Part shown: positions 50,250-62,401 of the stretch, piece after piece
How positions within the stretch are numbered: the first letter of the stretch is position 1
Layout: the number at the start of each line of letters is the position of its first letter
Origin: Felis catus
Lineage: Eukaryota
Direction of reading: 5' to 3'
Assembly: GCF_018350175.1 (NCBI RefSeq)
Contig: NC_058377.1
Coordinates: 104,842,001 to 104,906,000 of the forward strand
DNA: 64,000 nt
The notes under the pieces: model-generated
Seen by the model: only the letters and a program-made list of their open reading frames with translations
Told to the model about the DNA's origin: nothing
The model's database searches: none
Translations under genes and position numbers: made by a program

Positions 50250-51330
50250 GAGTTGCTTGTGGGGCGGGCGTGAAGCAGAGGAAGTGGCCGTTTCCCCCAC
50301 GGGCAGGAGCTTCCGAGAGGGAGCGACCCGAACGCCTCGAGTCCCTCTCGGTAGCGGCGGGTCAGCCCCTGTGGCTCCGTCCCCCAGGGAAGCGGCCTTC
50401 TCCCCGACCTGGTGCACGGGGGCGCTCGGGGCTTGGGGATCCGTAGGGCACTAGGACCCGGCGGGGCGGAGGGGCAGCCCATGTGCCGCGCTCGCTCCCT
50501 CCCACCCTGCTGCTCCAGCTCCCGCTCCATTGTCTGGGAGCTGCGGCCGCGGGCGGGCGGCCGGGCGGGCGGCGGCGGGGACCCAGCCGGCCGGGTCGGG
50601 GCGGCGCGGAGCGGGCGCGGGAGATGCCGGGCGGGCGGGGGCCACCTGAGCCGCCCGCCTAGTCCCCGCCCTCCACGGGACGGATGTGCGCCGGGATGGC
50701 GGGGCGCGCGGCAGCTGCTCCCCGGGGGCCCGGCGGCCCCTGGCTCTGCCTCCTGGTGGCCCTGGCCCTGGACGTCGTGAGAGGTCAGCGGGAGGGGAGG
50801 GGCGGGGCGAGGGGTGGCCGGGGCCGGACTGGAGGGATGCGGCGAGCCCGGAGCTGCGGGTTCCCGGACTGAGCCCCGAGCGGGGTCGCCCCACATTGTG
50901 CCCTGAGGGCTGGAGGTCTCACCCCCAGGATCTTGCCCCCCAGCCGCGCTCCTCTGTGGCTTCCCGCACTCGCGGAACCCGGCAACTCTTCCTGACCCGG
51001 GATCGGCCGGGCCCCGGGCGCTCACCGTCAGCCCTCCCACCCCCGCCGGGTCCCCGCACCTTCCGCGAGCTCCCCTGCCGCCCGGGCTTTTAACCCGGCT
51101 GCCCCTGACCCAGGCGCGTCAGCTCCCTAATCTGCGGTGCCCACGGCTGCACCCCAGTGGCTCCTACCCTCCTCCCCCCACCACCAACCCAGCCCCCACG
51201 GGAACGGGGAGCAGCCCCTATGCCTGGGACCTGCGAGGTGCGCAGCCGCCCTCCCCTTGCCCCAAAGAGCAAGCTGACCTTGGAGTCTCCAGGGATTGCC
51301 CCATCCGTGCCTTCCTGAATCCTGCGGCGA
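50250..51330 (+). promoter_or_regulatory. TMEM132A CpG island / promoter
   Basis: Very high GC and CpG content with GC-boxes around exon 1. Confidence 0.85.
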
Positions 51331-54300
51331 GCCCTATCACTGGAGGAAGGAGCAGCGACTCTCCTGTGCCCGGGGTTGGGGGGAGGGGGGGGTCAGACTG
51401 CCCCTGGCAGGGCTGTGGCTGCTAGGTGGATGACACCACAGAAGAGTGGGGGGTGGGGGAGGGATAGTGAGGCATTCTCTACCCCCCTCACCCTCCCCGT
51501 GAGAGCTGAACTCTGGGTGCTGGAAGTCCGTGGGAGTCAGGCCACATAGCATCTTATAATTATCCTGGCAGTGAAATAGGAGGAGGACCGGAGGTCAGGG
51601 GCTGCCCCCCGGGAAGCCCTAGTCACTTACCTGTTACACTTGGGGGCAGGACGGCTGGAGCCTCTCAGACACACGCTCCTTGGTGGGGAGGGTCTTGAGA
51701 GAGGTTGAAACCATCTTTCAAGCCCAGGATGGGGCACCGAGGAAGCTGGCTCCGGGGCTGCTTTCAGCCACCTGCTCCCCTCCCCAGGGGACCCAGCAGG
51801 AGCCCTAATAACCCCTTCTAAGAGATGAGGAAGGCCTTGTCACATCCATTATTCAGTAGCAATAACCCCTCTCCCCCCAGACAGCACTCCGCGCTTTACA
51901 AAGCCCTCCCCGCTTCACGGTGTCACTAAATGCTCATTCTACAAGTGAGGAAACTCAGGCTCTGAGATGTTAAATGATGGACCCAAGCTTCACGGAGTCA
52001 GAATTAAGATGTGCACGCAGTCCTCCAGGCTCCCAGAGCATCAGCTCCAGGGAGAGCTGCCCAGCTTGGAGGATTCTGGAATGAGTAGAACAAGTCCCCC
52101 TGTGAACAGACAGGAAGACAACTAATTCAGATGAGGCGACTAGCCGGGGAAAGACTGAGGGTACTGGTGAGAGGTCCCGCAATCAAGAAGGGCTTCCTTA
52201 AAGGAGGAGGCAACATTCACCCCGGACTCTAAGGGAGGAGGGAGAGACCCACAGTCCAGGGAGCGCAGCCAGCAGTGGTCACCCTTGCAAGCAGCACAGG
52301 GAGCGGAGGTGAGGTATCCCTCTGGGTGTAATGCCTGAGCTCTGACTCCCGGCAACACCTGTCTCCAGCCAGGTGACCCCAGGCAAGTCCCTCGACCTCA
52401 GCCTCATCTTCCACACCCGTAACGTGAAAATAATAGTGACAGGGCTTGGGTCTCAGAGTTAGTACACAAACTGAAGAGTTAATATATGTAAAACATTTTA
52501 AATAGTAGTCTGCATGTAGTTAGTGTTCAAAAATATTTATTCTTATTGGGGCTAATAGTCGGTACAAACCCAATATGGTCTCCGGGGTCCTTTGCCCCTC
52601 TAGTCATTGAATATTTTGACTCTCTCCCCAGGCTCATGGCCCCCCCCCCCCATCCCACTTTTGCACTCCAGTACCCAGTACTGGGTACAGAGGCAACCCT
52701 TGCAGGGTTGCCATGGTGATGATGGAGGGGAAGGCTGGGTGGATGCCCAGATAAGTCTGGCCAAGGACTCAGGGACAGACAGCATCTCTGCTTCTACAAA
52801 GCCCACCTTGTCGGCTTTGTACTGCACCTTTTACTGCACAGGCCCTGTCTAGGGAGAACTGTACCCTACAGATGCCTCGACATCAGAGGCAAGTAGGTAA
52901 GAGGGCAGGAATGAGGGCGAAATGCTGAGAAGGTTCTGCTCAAGGGAGGAAGGTCTGAGTCTATGGAAGGTAGAAGGAGGAATGGTTTGGAAGCTGGCAT
53001 CCTGTCTGGGATATACCTTCAAATCCTGGCCCTGTCACGTGCTACCTGTGTGAGGTTCTTTGAGCCCCCAGTTTCCTCATCTGTGAAATGGGACAACTGT
53101 GCCCCAGAACGGAGCTCATTTCAGCCCTGCCAGCTCTGGAGCTGTCACCATCCCTATCCCTTCTTCCTCAGTGGACTGTGAACAGGACCCCTTGGATCCT
53201 GTCTACCTGCCTGCGGCCCTAGAGCTCCTTGATGCCCCTGAGCACTTCCGGGTGCAGCAGGTGGACCGCTATCCACCTGCCAACTCCTCCCTGGGCTCCA
53301 GATCTGAGACCTTCCTGCTCCTGCAGCCGTGGCCCAGGGCCCAGCCACTTCTCCGGGCCTCCTACCCGCCCTTTGAGACGCAGCAGGTAAGGAGATGGCA
53401 CCAGAGACTCCCCGCCTAAAAGGATTCAGAGCTGAGGGCTGCTGTATGTGGCTCCGGAGTCTCCCCAGCCCCAGCTGTGCTCCCCATCATCCAGAGGCCT
53501 GCAAATGCCCTCTCCTGCCAAGCTGGGGCTGGAGGCCTGGCATCCCATCTTTCCAGATCTTGCTTCCCTCAACCCCCTGCTTTGTCGAACACCCTTATTC
53601 TCCCTCCAGGTGGTCCCTCCACGGGTCACTGAGCCCCACCAACGGCCAGTGCCGTGGGATGTGNNNNNNNNNNNNNNNNNNNNNNNNNNNNNNNNNNNNN
53701 NNNNNNNNNNNNNNNNNNNNNNNNNNNNNNNNNNNNNNNNNNNNNNNNNNNNNNNNNNNNNNNNNNNNNNNNNNNNNNNNNNNNNNNNNNNNNNNGCAGG
53801 CACTGCTCACCGAGCCTGCCACTTCCAGGTGAGTGGGCGGGCCCTGCCTAAGCTGGCCCGGCCTGCTGTGCCGACCAGAGGACGGCCCTGGGGTAGGGAA
53901 GAGAGGGCTTACCACCCCCAGCTGGTGTGGGAGTCACAGACCACCTGACTCCCTTCCTGCTCCGCTAGCTTTCATGGGGACCCTTTGAGAGGGTGGTTTA
54001 GGGACCCTTAAGGAAGTCAGTCCGTTGGTGATGCCTTTGGGCAAGTAACTTAATTTTCTTGGGACTCAGCTTCCCCATCTATAAAATGGAGTAATAACGA
54101 TGCCTACCTCGTGTGGAGCTGGAATAAAGAATGAATGAAATGAACGCAAGAATAGCTTTTAGCCCAGCGCCAGCGCCTGGCACAGCGTGATCACCCAGCA
54201 AGCGTTCACGCTATTGTTAATATCACTTTTATAATGGCAACTTCCACTGTTTTGGGGGTCTAGCACAGGGATCCACTGGAAAGAGGTATTTTGAGGGCTT

Positions 54301-57300
54301 TGGGATTCTTAGAAGGCTGGGGTGTAGTCAGGGTGGTCCCAGGGAGTAATTAGGGGGGAGGCATTGGGATTGGCTCGCTTTGGAATGAGGCTGTTCCCAC
54401 AGGCAGAAGCGTGGCTCTTGGATGAGTTCCGAGACCTGGCCCCAGTCACGTGACTGGTTGGCTGTGTCACTGTGGCCGCTGCTGGTCCTGCAGCAGGAGG
54501 ACCCCTCCAGCTCTGCATCTCCTATCGTGGATGCTGGGACTCGCCCCCCCCCCCCCCGCCCCCGCCATGCCAACCGTTGGCTGTTGTGTGTTTGCAGCCA
54601 TCCCTAGGCGCCTGCGTGGTGGAGCTGGAGTTTCCCTCCCACTGGTTCTCCCAGGGCTCCAGCACGCGGGCCGAGCTGGCCTACACGCTGGAGCCCGCAG
54701 CTGAGGGCTCTGGGGGCTGTGGCCCCGGCGGGGAGGAGGACGCCAGGGAGCAGGCTCTTCCGGTGGGCAGCGTGGAGCTGCGCCCCGCGGACCCCCCGCG
54801 GTACCAGGAGGTGCCCCTGGATGAGGCAGTGACTCTGCGGGTGCCTGACGTGCCCGTGCGGCCCGGCCAGCTCTTCAGTGCCACCCTCCTGCTCCGGCAC
54901 AACTTCACAGCCAGTGTCCTGACCCTGCGGTGAGAATGGGGCTCCTGGGGTGGGCTGGAGCCAGGGGCCTCTGCAGGAAGACAGGGCAGGTGCCTTCTCC
55001 TTCTGGGGTCCTTACTGGAACCCTTGATCTCTGCAAACACGAGCCCACCAAAACCCCTCCAGGCCAAGAGCCGTGACTGTCCTGGCAGCAGGCAGGACCC
55101 AGCAGCAGGCACAGCCCTGAACTTGAAGTCAGAATAAGAAGCTCCCCTTCCCCTGTCACCTCCTTGAGACTCCTTGTCCAGTGGGGCTGACGTTGCCTTC
55201 TTCACAAGGCGGCTGTGAGGGCTTTAGGGAGGGAAAACAGGAGACGACTTGGAAACTGGAAAGTGCGGTGCCTGGGGGTGGTTAACGCTCTAATGGGATG
55301 TTTGCCCCGGTCACATTCATCTGCATGTTCTCCTGCCTGCCCCTCACCTTTGGACAGAGCCTGCTCCTCCCCCACAGAAAGGCTCTCCTTTTTGTGTCCC
55401 CTTCTACAGGAAGTTCCCCAAAGTAGCCCCCCCACCCCAATTCCACTGATGAGGATTTGCAGAGTATGACGTGCCTCTCTCTCATATTTGGGTTTGTGTG
55501 TGTCCTGTCCCTGTGCGTCTCCCAAGTGCCTGTCCCGTCCCCGTCTGTCACACTGTCCTGTGCTCACTTGCACACTCGTTAGATCTTTCGTAGACACTTA
55601 AAAAATATGCAAGCCCTGTGTCTCCACTCTGGAGCTACAGAGAGTAGCAAGGCCTGGTCCCCACCCGGCACTAAGGGGACCAACGGGTAGGGAAGGGAGC
55701 TGTACGGCATGCGCTGGGGGATATGCTCTGGCGGAGGCACAAGGCGCGGTGGGGGCCTGCATTAGGGGCGGAGCAAGGGAGAAATCCATCCTGCCCCCAG
55801 GAGAGCTTCCTAAAGGAAACTATTCGAGTTGCTGGAGGCTTGAAGAACGAGCAGAGGCAGAAGGCTGAACGCACCGCCTGAGCAAAGACTCGGGCATAAA
55901 TGGGCTGTGCGTGGGGGAAGAACTTTCGGTGTAGCCGGGGCAGGGTGACAGAGATGTTACAGGCCAAGACGAAACCAGAGCAGATCCTGGAGGGCCTCGA
56001 TGCCGGGATTAGACTTGACGCTGGGGGCAGCGGGTCTTTGGGTGCTGGGGAGAGCTGTGTGGCATGACGCGCATCGAGATGGGGTCCTTGTGGATGGGAG
56101 GATGGTGAGCACGAGGTTCCAACGGGAGTCAGGGAGGCCAGACAGGAGGCCGGTGCCTGGAGCCCCTTGAGTTGCTCCTCGTTCGGTCCATAGTCTGGCA
56201 CCCGCCTCGACACACTGGGCCTGCGTCCTCTCCCCAGGATCAAGGTGAAGAAGGGGCTGCACGTGACGGCTGCCCGCCCCGCCCAGCCCAGCCTGTGGAC
56301 TGCCAAGCTGGACCGCTTCAAGGCCTCCAAGCACCACACGACTCTCATCACCTGCCACCGTGCCGGGCCCACGGGGCCGGACTCCAGGTGGGCAACTCCC
56401 TCCCCGGAGGAGCAGGGGAAGGAGTGAGCGGGTTTCTGGGGCCCGAGGGAAGGGGGCTGCCACGCCGCCTCCGTAGCCCCACGGGAGCAGGCACAGAACA
56501 GACTCCTTCAAGGAAGCAGCACAAAACAGACAGTCATTCGTCGAGCTCCTACGTATCCGTGTCTAGCTGCTCCTACCTGCAGTGAGTGTCCGTGAGTCTT
56601 CGTCACGTGATGCCAGCCTATCCCGGCCACTCAGTTCTAGCCCTCACAGCCCCTACCCTGCCTCCCGCAACCACCAAGTGGGGCCCTTTTTCCGGGCCAT
56701 TGATAGTTCCAAAAAAGCTCAGCTGTGGTTAACATGATCTCTGATTTACTCTGAGCCTGGGCCGAGGCCGTGAGCATGGTAACGCCTGTGTGAGTCCTGG
56801 TTCTGACACTTTTGGGTGAATAATCACGAGCAAGCCAGTTCACTTCCCCCTTTACCGCCCCCCCCCCCCCCCCCCCCCCCGCCAAGCCTCAGGTTCCTCA
56901 CCTGCAAAATGGGACTAATAATGCATCCCTCAGGGTTTGTGAACATGAAATAAGATCCTCTATGGCAAGCATCCAGCAAGTGGTTTTTTTGTTTGTTTTT
57001 TTAATGTCTTCTTTATTTTTGAGAGAGCACACGCTGGGAGGGGCAGAGAGAGAGGGGAAGAGAGGATCTGAAGTGGGCACTGCGCGGACAGCAGAGAGCC
57101 CCACGCAGGGCTCAAGCTCACGAACCGTGAGATCATGACCCGAGCCGAAGTCAGGCGCTCAACCGGCCGAGCCACCCAGGCGCCCCAGCAAGTGTTTGAT
57201 CAAAGGAAGCTGTGAGGGTTATTATTCAGGGGGTCGAGTGCCGATCCTGGGGCTTCAAAGTGACTCTTCCTGCTTGGTAGAAATTGACACAGGTGCTGTT

Positions 57301-57616
57301 GCCACCTGAATGGCCATGGAAAGCAGAAGTCTGAGTGGAGAGGGCCCAGGAAGGCAGGAGAGCAAGCAAGCTTTCCAGGGGGGTGGTGAAGTGATTACAC
57401 GGACCTTCCAGAAGCCAAGAGCATGTAAGAGCTTGGGCCCTGGAGCCAGGATGCTTGAGTTTAATCCCAGCCCTGCCGCCTTTCACTCTGTGACTTTGGG
57501 CAAGTTCTAGAACTTCTGTACTTAAGTTTTCTCATCTGTAAATCGGGGATTGTCTTAGGACCCACCTCATGAATATAGCAAGTGCTTACAATAGCGTGTG
57601 GCCACTAGCAAGCACT

Positions 57617-57655
<39 letters not shown>

Positions 57656-59982
57656 GGCCAGCAGCCCCCTTGAACTATCCGAGTTCCTGTCGGTGGACTT
57701 TCTGGTGGAGAATGGCACTAGTGGGGGTGTGGCGGTCACTCGCCCTGTCACATGGCAGCTGGAGTACCCAGGCCAGGCCCCCGAAGCGGAGAAGGACAAA
57801 ATGGTGTGGGAGATCCTGGTGTCAGAGCGGGACATAAGAGCCCTTGTCCCCCTGGCCAAGGTAAGGAGTCCCCACCTGTGCTTGGCCAGGCCCCGAGCCA
57901 AGTGAGGCAAAGAGCCTGGGGCTAAGCTCCTCCCACACCCCCAGGCTGAGGAGCTGGTGAACACGGCTCCGTTGACCGGAGAGCCACAACGTGTGCCTGT
58001 GCGCCTCGTCACTGTGGACGGTGGGGGTGCCCTGGTGGAGGTGACGGAGCACATCGGCTGCGAGTCGGCCAACACACAGGTCCTGCAGGTGAGTGGCACA
58101 CGCCGACCCCGTGTGAGTGTGCCCAGTGATGGACCTACGCCTTCCCCACTCAGGTCCCCGAGAGAAGTTTCTTACTGACACCAGAAACCTCAGCGGGGGA
58201 ACCCCAGATTCAACTTCTTTTGTTCCCACCGCCTCTGTGCACAGTCAGGTGGGAGCTGTGTAACCCCAGCAGCCCCAGCTTAGGCACCTTCACGTTCATT
58301 ACTGCACTGACAGATGAACTGAGCTGGGAGAGCTCAGAGCACTTTGGGGGCACCAGGCTGGCTCAGTCAGTAGAACACGCGACTCTCGATCCCAGGTTTG
58401 TGAATTTTAGCCGTGTTCGACGTAAAGCCCACTTAAAAGAGTATATACCTTGAGATCAACAGATTTTAGTTTGAAAGACATGTTTGTTATCAGTTAGCTG
58501 TGTGATCAGTTAGCTGTGTGATCGTGGACAAGTCTCTTAACCTCTCTGAGCCTCGGTTTTCTAAGCTTTAAAACGGGAATATGTTATTCCGTTGCAAGAA
58601 TTAAAAGCATCAGTGATAATTATTAGAGGCTGGTAACGATCCATGAGGTAAAAAGACAAAAAGGGGAGGGTGACTTTCCACACTTTGAAGTTCAAAGAGG
58701 AGAAGCCCAGAGCCCGTGGTTCCTAACTCCTTGCTGCCTGCCTGGAAGAGGCGTCTTGCCATTTATGACGCCGCTTTGCCCCTGTGCGCGGTTCCTTCCT
58801 GAGGGCTCTGGGGTGGGTAGGTCTGGCCTGGCTCTCTGCCTTCCTTCCTGTGGTGGGTTGCCAGGTGGCTCCAGCAGGAAAGCCAGAGGCACTAATGAGG
58901 AGCCAAATCTGTGGGCTCCAATGCTCCTCGGCCAGGAGAAAGACTTTGTTATATGCGGATGGCCAGTTTCCCCAGCTGAACCCCCGGGGGTGAACTTGGG
59001 GGATGGCTGGTTCCTCCAGAGCGGATCTTAACTGCATGGCGAAATCTTCGTAATCTTAAAACATGCCAGTGACATGCATCACGAATTTCAGCCCTGCCCC
59101 TTCTCACAGTGAGGGGTCAGGGCAGCCCTCTCTGGTCCACACCTGTCTTCCATGGCTTAGCCCAGCTCCTGCCCTCCCGTAGGTGTCCGAGACCTGCGAC
59201 GCTGTGTTTGTGGCTGGCAGAGAGAGCCAAGGCGCTCGCGGGGTGCGGGTGGACTTCTGGTGGCGCCGGCTGCGGGCCTCGCTGCGGCTGACAGTATGGG
59301 CCCCGCTGCTGCCCCTGCGCATCGAGCTCACCGACACCACCCTGGAGCAGGTCCGAGGCTGGAGGGTCCCCGGCCCAGCCGAAGGGTGAGTGGAGGCCTT
59401 GGCGAAGTCGCTCTGGGACCGAGAGAGGTTGCAGGGAATGTGGCCTTGGTCCCACGCACTGGGGCGGGGGGGGGGGGGGGGGGGGAGGGGGGGGTCTAAA
59501 AAACTACCCGGTTGCTTCCGGTTCCTCCTACCCACCCGCCTTTCACCACCCAGCCTCTGACCACTTCATTTGTAGTTGCAGACCTCCACCCTCCCTGCCT
59601 CCCTCTCCCCCTTCCACGCCTCACTTCTCTGAAGTATTTATCACTTTCTAATGACTGTAGAACCTTGTTCATCTGTTTGCGGTCTGTCCACCCCCTTCAC
59701 GCTCCTCCCCGCGACTGTTAAGACTTGAAGGCAAAGGTTTTTGTCTAGCCCGTTCACTGTTGTGTCCTCAAAGCCTGAGGTGGCCCCTAGCTCGGTGAAT
59801 ACTGAGAGTCCCGCCAGAGCCAAAGGTGAGGCTCCTCCTCGCCTCCCCAGGAGCCAAGAGTTCCAGTTAGGAGCAAGAGGGCAAGAGTGGCTTGATGGAC
59901 AGGCACAGGCACCAGTTAGGAACGGGGTTGTGGCGCCTCGCCAGCGGGTAGAAGTGTGGCTGTGCTCGAAGAATGGTGCCAC

Positions 59983-60028
<46 letters not shown>

Positions 60029-62401
60029 CTCTCGCTCTCGCTCTCGCTCTCGCTCTCCAGTGGGCGGGGACCTCAGAGGCTGGGGGCGGAGCCCGAGCTG
60101 ACGCCCCGCCCCCGGGCCCTCCCCTCCCTACAGGGTGCCGGAGCCCGATGCTCCCGCGGTTGCAGAGGAGGCGGAGCGGCGCGCCCGAGGCTGCCGCCTG
60201 CAGTACCAGCGCGCAGGCGTGCGCTTCCTTGTCCCCTTTGCGGCCCATCCGCTGGACGGCGGCCGCCGCCTCACCCACCTGCTCGGCCCCGATTGGCTGC
60301 TGGACGTGTCCCACCTCGTGGCGCCGCACGCGCGCGTGCAGGACCCGCGTGTAGCCTCACTGGAGGGCGGACGCGTCCTGGTGGGCCGGGAGCCCGGTGT
60401 CACCTCCATCGAGGTGAGCAGACCCCCTGGCGAGGGTGGAGGTGGCCCCGGGAGTGTTCGTGGGCAGGTATGAGCCCAGTGGGATTGGGGGCTGGGGGAG
60501 AATAGGGTGGCCCTGTAATGGGGGATGTCCTCCAAGAATGAAGGGCTGGGGGTAGGTATGTGGGGGCCAGGTCTTGGAGGAGGAAACTGTCCCTGGGCAT
60601 GGGATTGGGGTCCAGGTATGTATAGGGCATATGGGGTGCAAAGGGTGGGGAGAAGCAGCCCGTGCAGATGCTGGGCCCAGGGCGGAGGGCCCAGGGAGGA
60701 CCCTCCCGTTGACTCAGACCTGTCTGTATACCTACCACCCCCCCCCAACTTGTAGCTCCCTCTTACCCTCAGGTGCGTTCCCCACTGTCTGACTCCATCC
60801 TGGGGGAGCAGGCACTGGCCGTGACGGATGACAAGGTCTCGGTGCTGGAGCTGCGGGTGCAGCCGGTGATGGGCATCTCACTGGCCCTGAGCCGAGGCAC
60901 TGCCCACCCCGGGGAGGTCACAGCCACATGCTGGGCACAGTCAGCCTTTCCCGCCCCAAAGCAGGTGACAGCTGGGGGTCAGGGGGATGAGGTCAACATC
61001 TCCAGATGGGGGCTAATGACAGGGAGGTGGGAGGTACCTGGACCCCTCACCTTAGCATTTTCAGAATGAGGTCTGTCTGCCCTATAAGCTAGTGAGCTCT
61101 CTGCAGCTGGAGGTGACCAAGCAGTGGCTGGCTGGAGTGTGGCAGTGGGAGGTTGATTAGATGGCTCTGAGGACCCTCCCGATGACTCAGACCCCAGGGC
61201 TGAGTGGCAGACAGGTGATTGACGCACGTCCCCTCTCTCCCTGTGTTTTGTCCATTTGCCTGTGTCTGTTTTCTCTCTGATCTCTCCTCCGTGTGGCCTG
61301 TCTCTGTGGGAGTGGTCTCTGTGTGCATGCGTGCGTGCCCTCGCATGTCTCTGCCTGTGTCCGTGTGCCCCACAGGAGGTGGCCCTCTCCCTTTGGCTGT
61401 CCTTCTCTGACCGCACCCTGGCCCCCGCTGAGCTCTACGACCACCATGACCTGGGACTGTCTGTCTCAGCTGAGGAGCCCGGTGCCATCCTGCCAGCCGA
61501 GGAGCGGGGCGCCCTGCTCGGGGTGGTGGTGAGTGGGGCGGGTGCCGAGGGGCTGCCCCTGCACGTGGCTCTGCACCCGCCGGAGCCCTGCCGCCGGGGC
61601 CGCCACCGTGTGCCGCTGGCCTCCGGCACCGCCTGGCTGGGGCTGCCCCCTGCTCCCACCCTGGCCCCCGCCCTCCCATCCAGCCCTGCCCGGAGCTCTC
61701 CAGCCACGGAGGCCAGCACGGGCCGTAAACGATGGGAGGCGGGCGGTGTTGGGGACAGGGGGGGCGTGAGGGGCAAGTTTGAGCCGGCAGAGGAGGAGGC
61801 CGGAGGGGAGGAGGAGGAGGAGGAAGCGGAGGAGATGGTCCCCGCCCCTCAGCGGGTCACCGACCTAGAGCTGGGCATGTACGCTCTGCTGGGCATCTTC
61901 TGTCTGGCCATCCTCATCTTCCTGGTCAACGGTGTGGTCTTCGTGCTGCGCTACCAGCGCAAGGAGCCCCCCGACGGCGCCACCGACCCCGCCTCCCCCC
62001 AGCCCCACAACTGGGTCTGGCTGGGCACCGACCAGGAGGAACTGAGCCGCCAGCTGGACCGGCAGTCCCCCGGCCTGCCCAAGGGGGAGGGGGGCTGCCC
62101 CTGCGAGAGTGGGGGAGGAGGGGAGGCCCTGACCCTGGCCCAGGCCCCCGCCGGGGCCACCGCCGGCTCCTCGAGCACCCTGGCCCGGAAGGAAGCCGGG
62201 GGGCGGCGGAAGCGTGTGGAGTTTGTGACGTTTGCGCCAGCCCCCCCAGCCCAGCCGCCTGAGGAGCCCGTGGGGGCCCCTGCCGTGCAGTCCATCCTGG
62301 TGGCCGGCGAGGAGGACATCCGCTGGGTATGTGAGGATATGGGACTGAAGGACCCCGAGGAGCTGCGCAGCTACATGGAGAGGATCCGGGGCAGCTCCTG
62401 A
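50684..62401 (+). CDS. TMEM132A: Transmembrane protein 132A, 11 exons, about 1018 aa (1019 with the extra NAGNAG Ser); 44 codons hidden by an N-gap
   Basis: join(50684-50783,53172-53386,53610-53828,54598-54929,56238-56387,57665[or 57662]-57860,57945-58088,59183-59385,60134-60413,60773-60964,61376-62401). Has a signal peptide, a transmembrane segment (LGMYALLGIFCLAILIFLVNGVVFVL), HNWVWLG, the PP1-binding KRVEF motif and the C-terminus MERIRGSS*. Confidence 0.96.
53664..53795. other. Assembly gap (132 N) within TMEM132A exon 3
   Basis: Run of N. Confidence 1.
56983..57186 (-). mobile_element. CanSINE in TMEM132A intron 5
   Basis: Reverse-complement head ...gagccacccaggcgcccc, with cagcaagtg on both sides as TSD. 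Confidence 0.92.
57620..57653. repeat. (CT)n microsatellite forming the polypyrimidine tract of TMEM132A exon 6
   Basis: Ends a few nucleotides before the CAGCAG acceptor. Confidence 0.95.
58345..58440 (+). mobile_element. Short CanSINE fragment
   Basis: gggggcaccaggctggctcagtcagtagaacacgcgactctcgatc. Confidence 0.75.
59985..60057. repeat. (GT)21 followed by (GCTCTC)5
   Basis: Read directly from the sequence. Confidence 0.95.

Noticed and set aside
50003-51040. 345-aa minus-strand ORF and other long ORFs over the CpG islands (also 40927-41610 and 36258-37030)
   Set aside because: Pro/Arg/Gly/Ala-rich with no recognisable domain. Stop-codon scarcity in very GC-rich promoter DNA explains them.
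3797-58440. tRNA-like A/B boxes at many positions
   Set aside because: All belong to tRNA-derived CanSINE heads, not tRNA genes.
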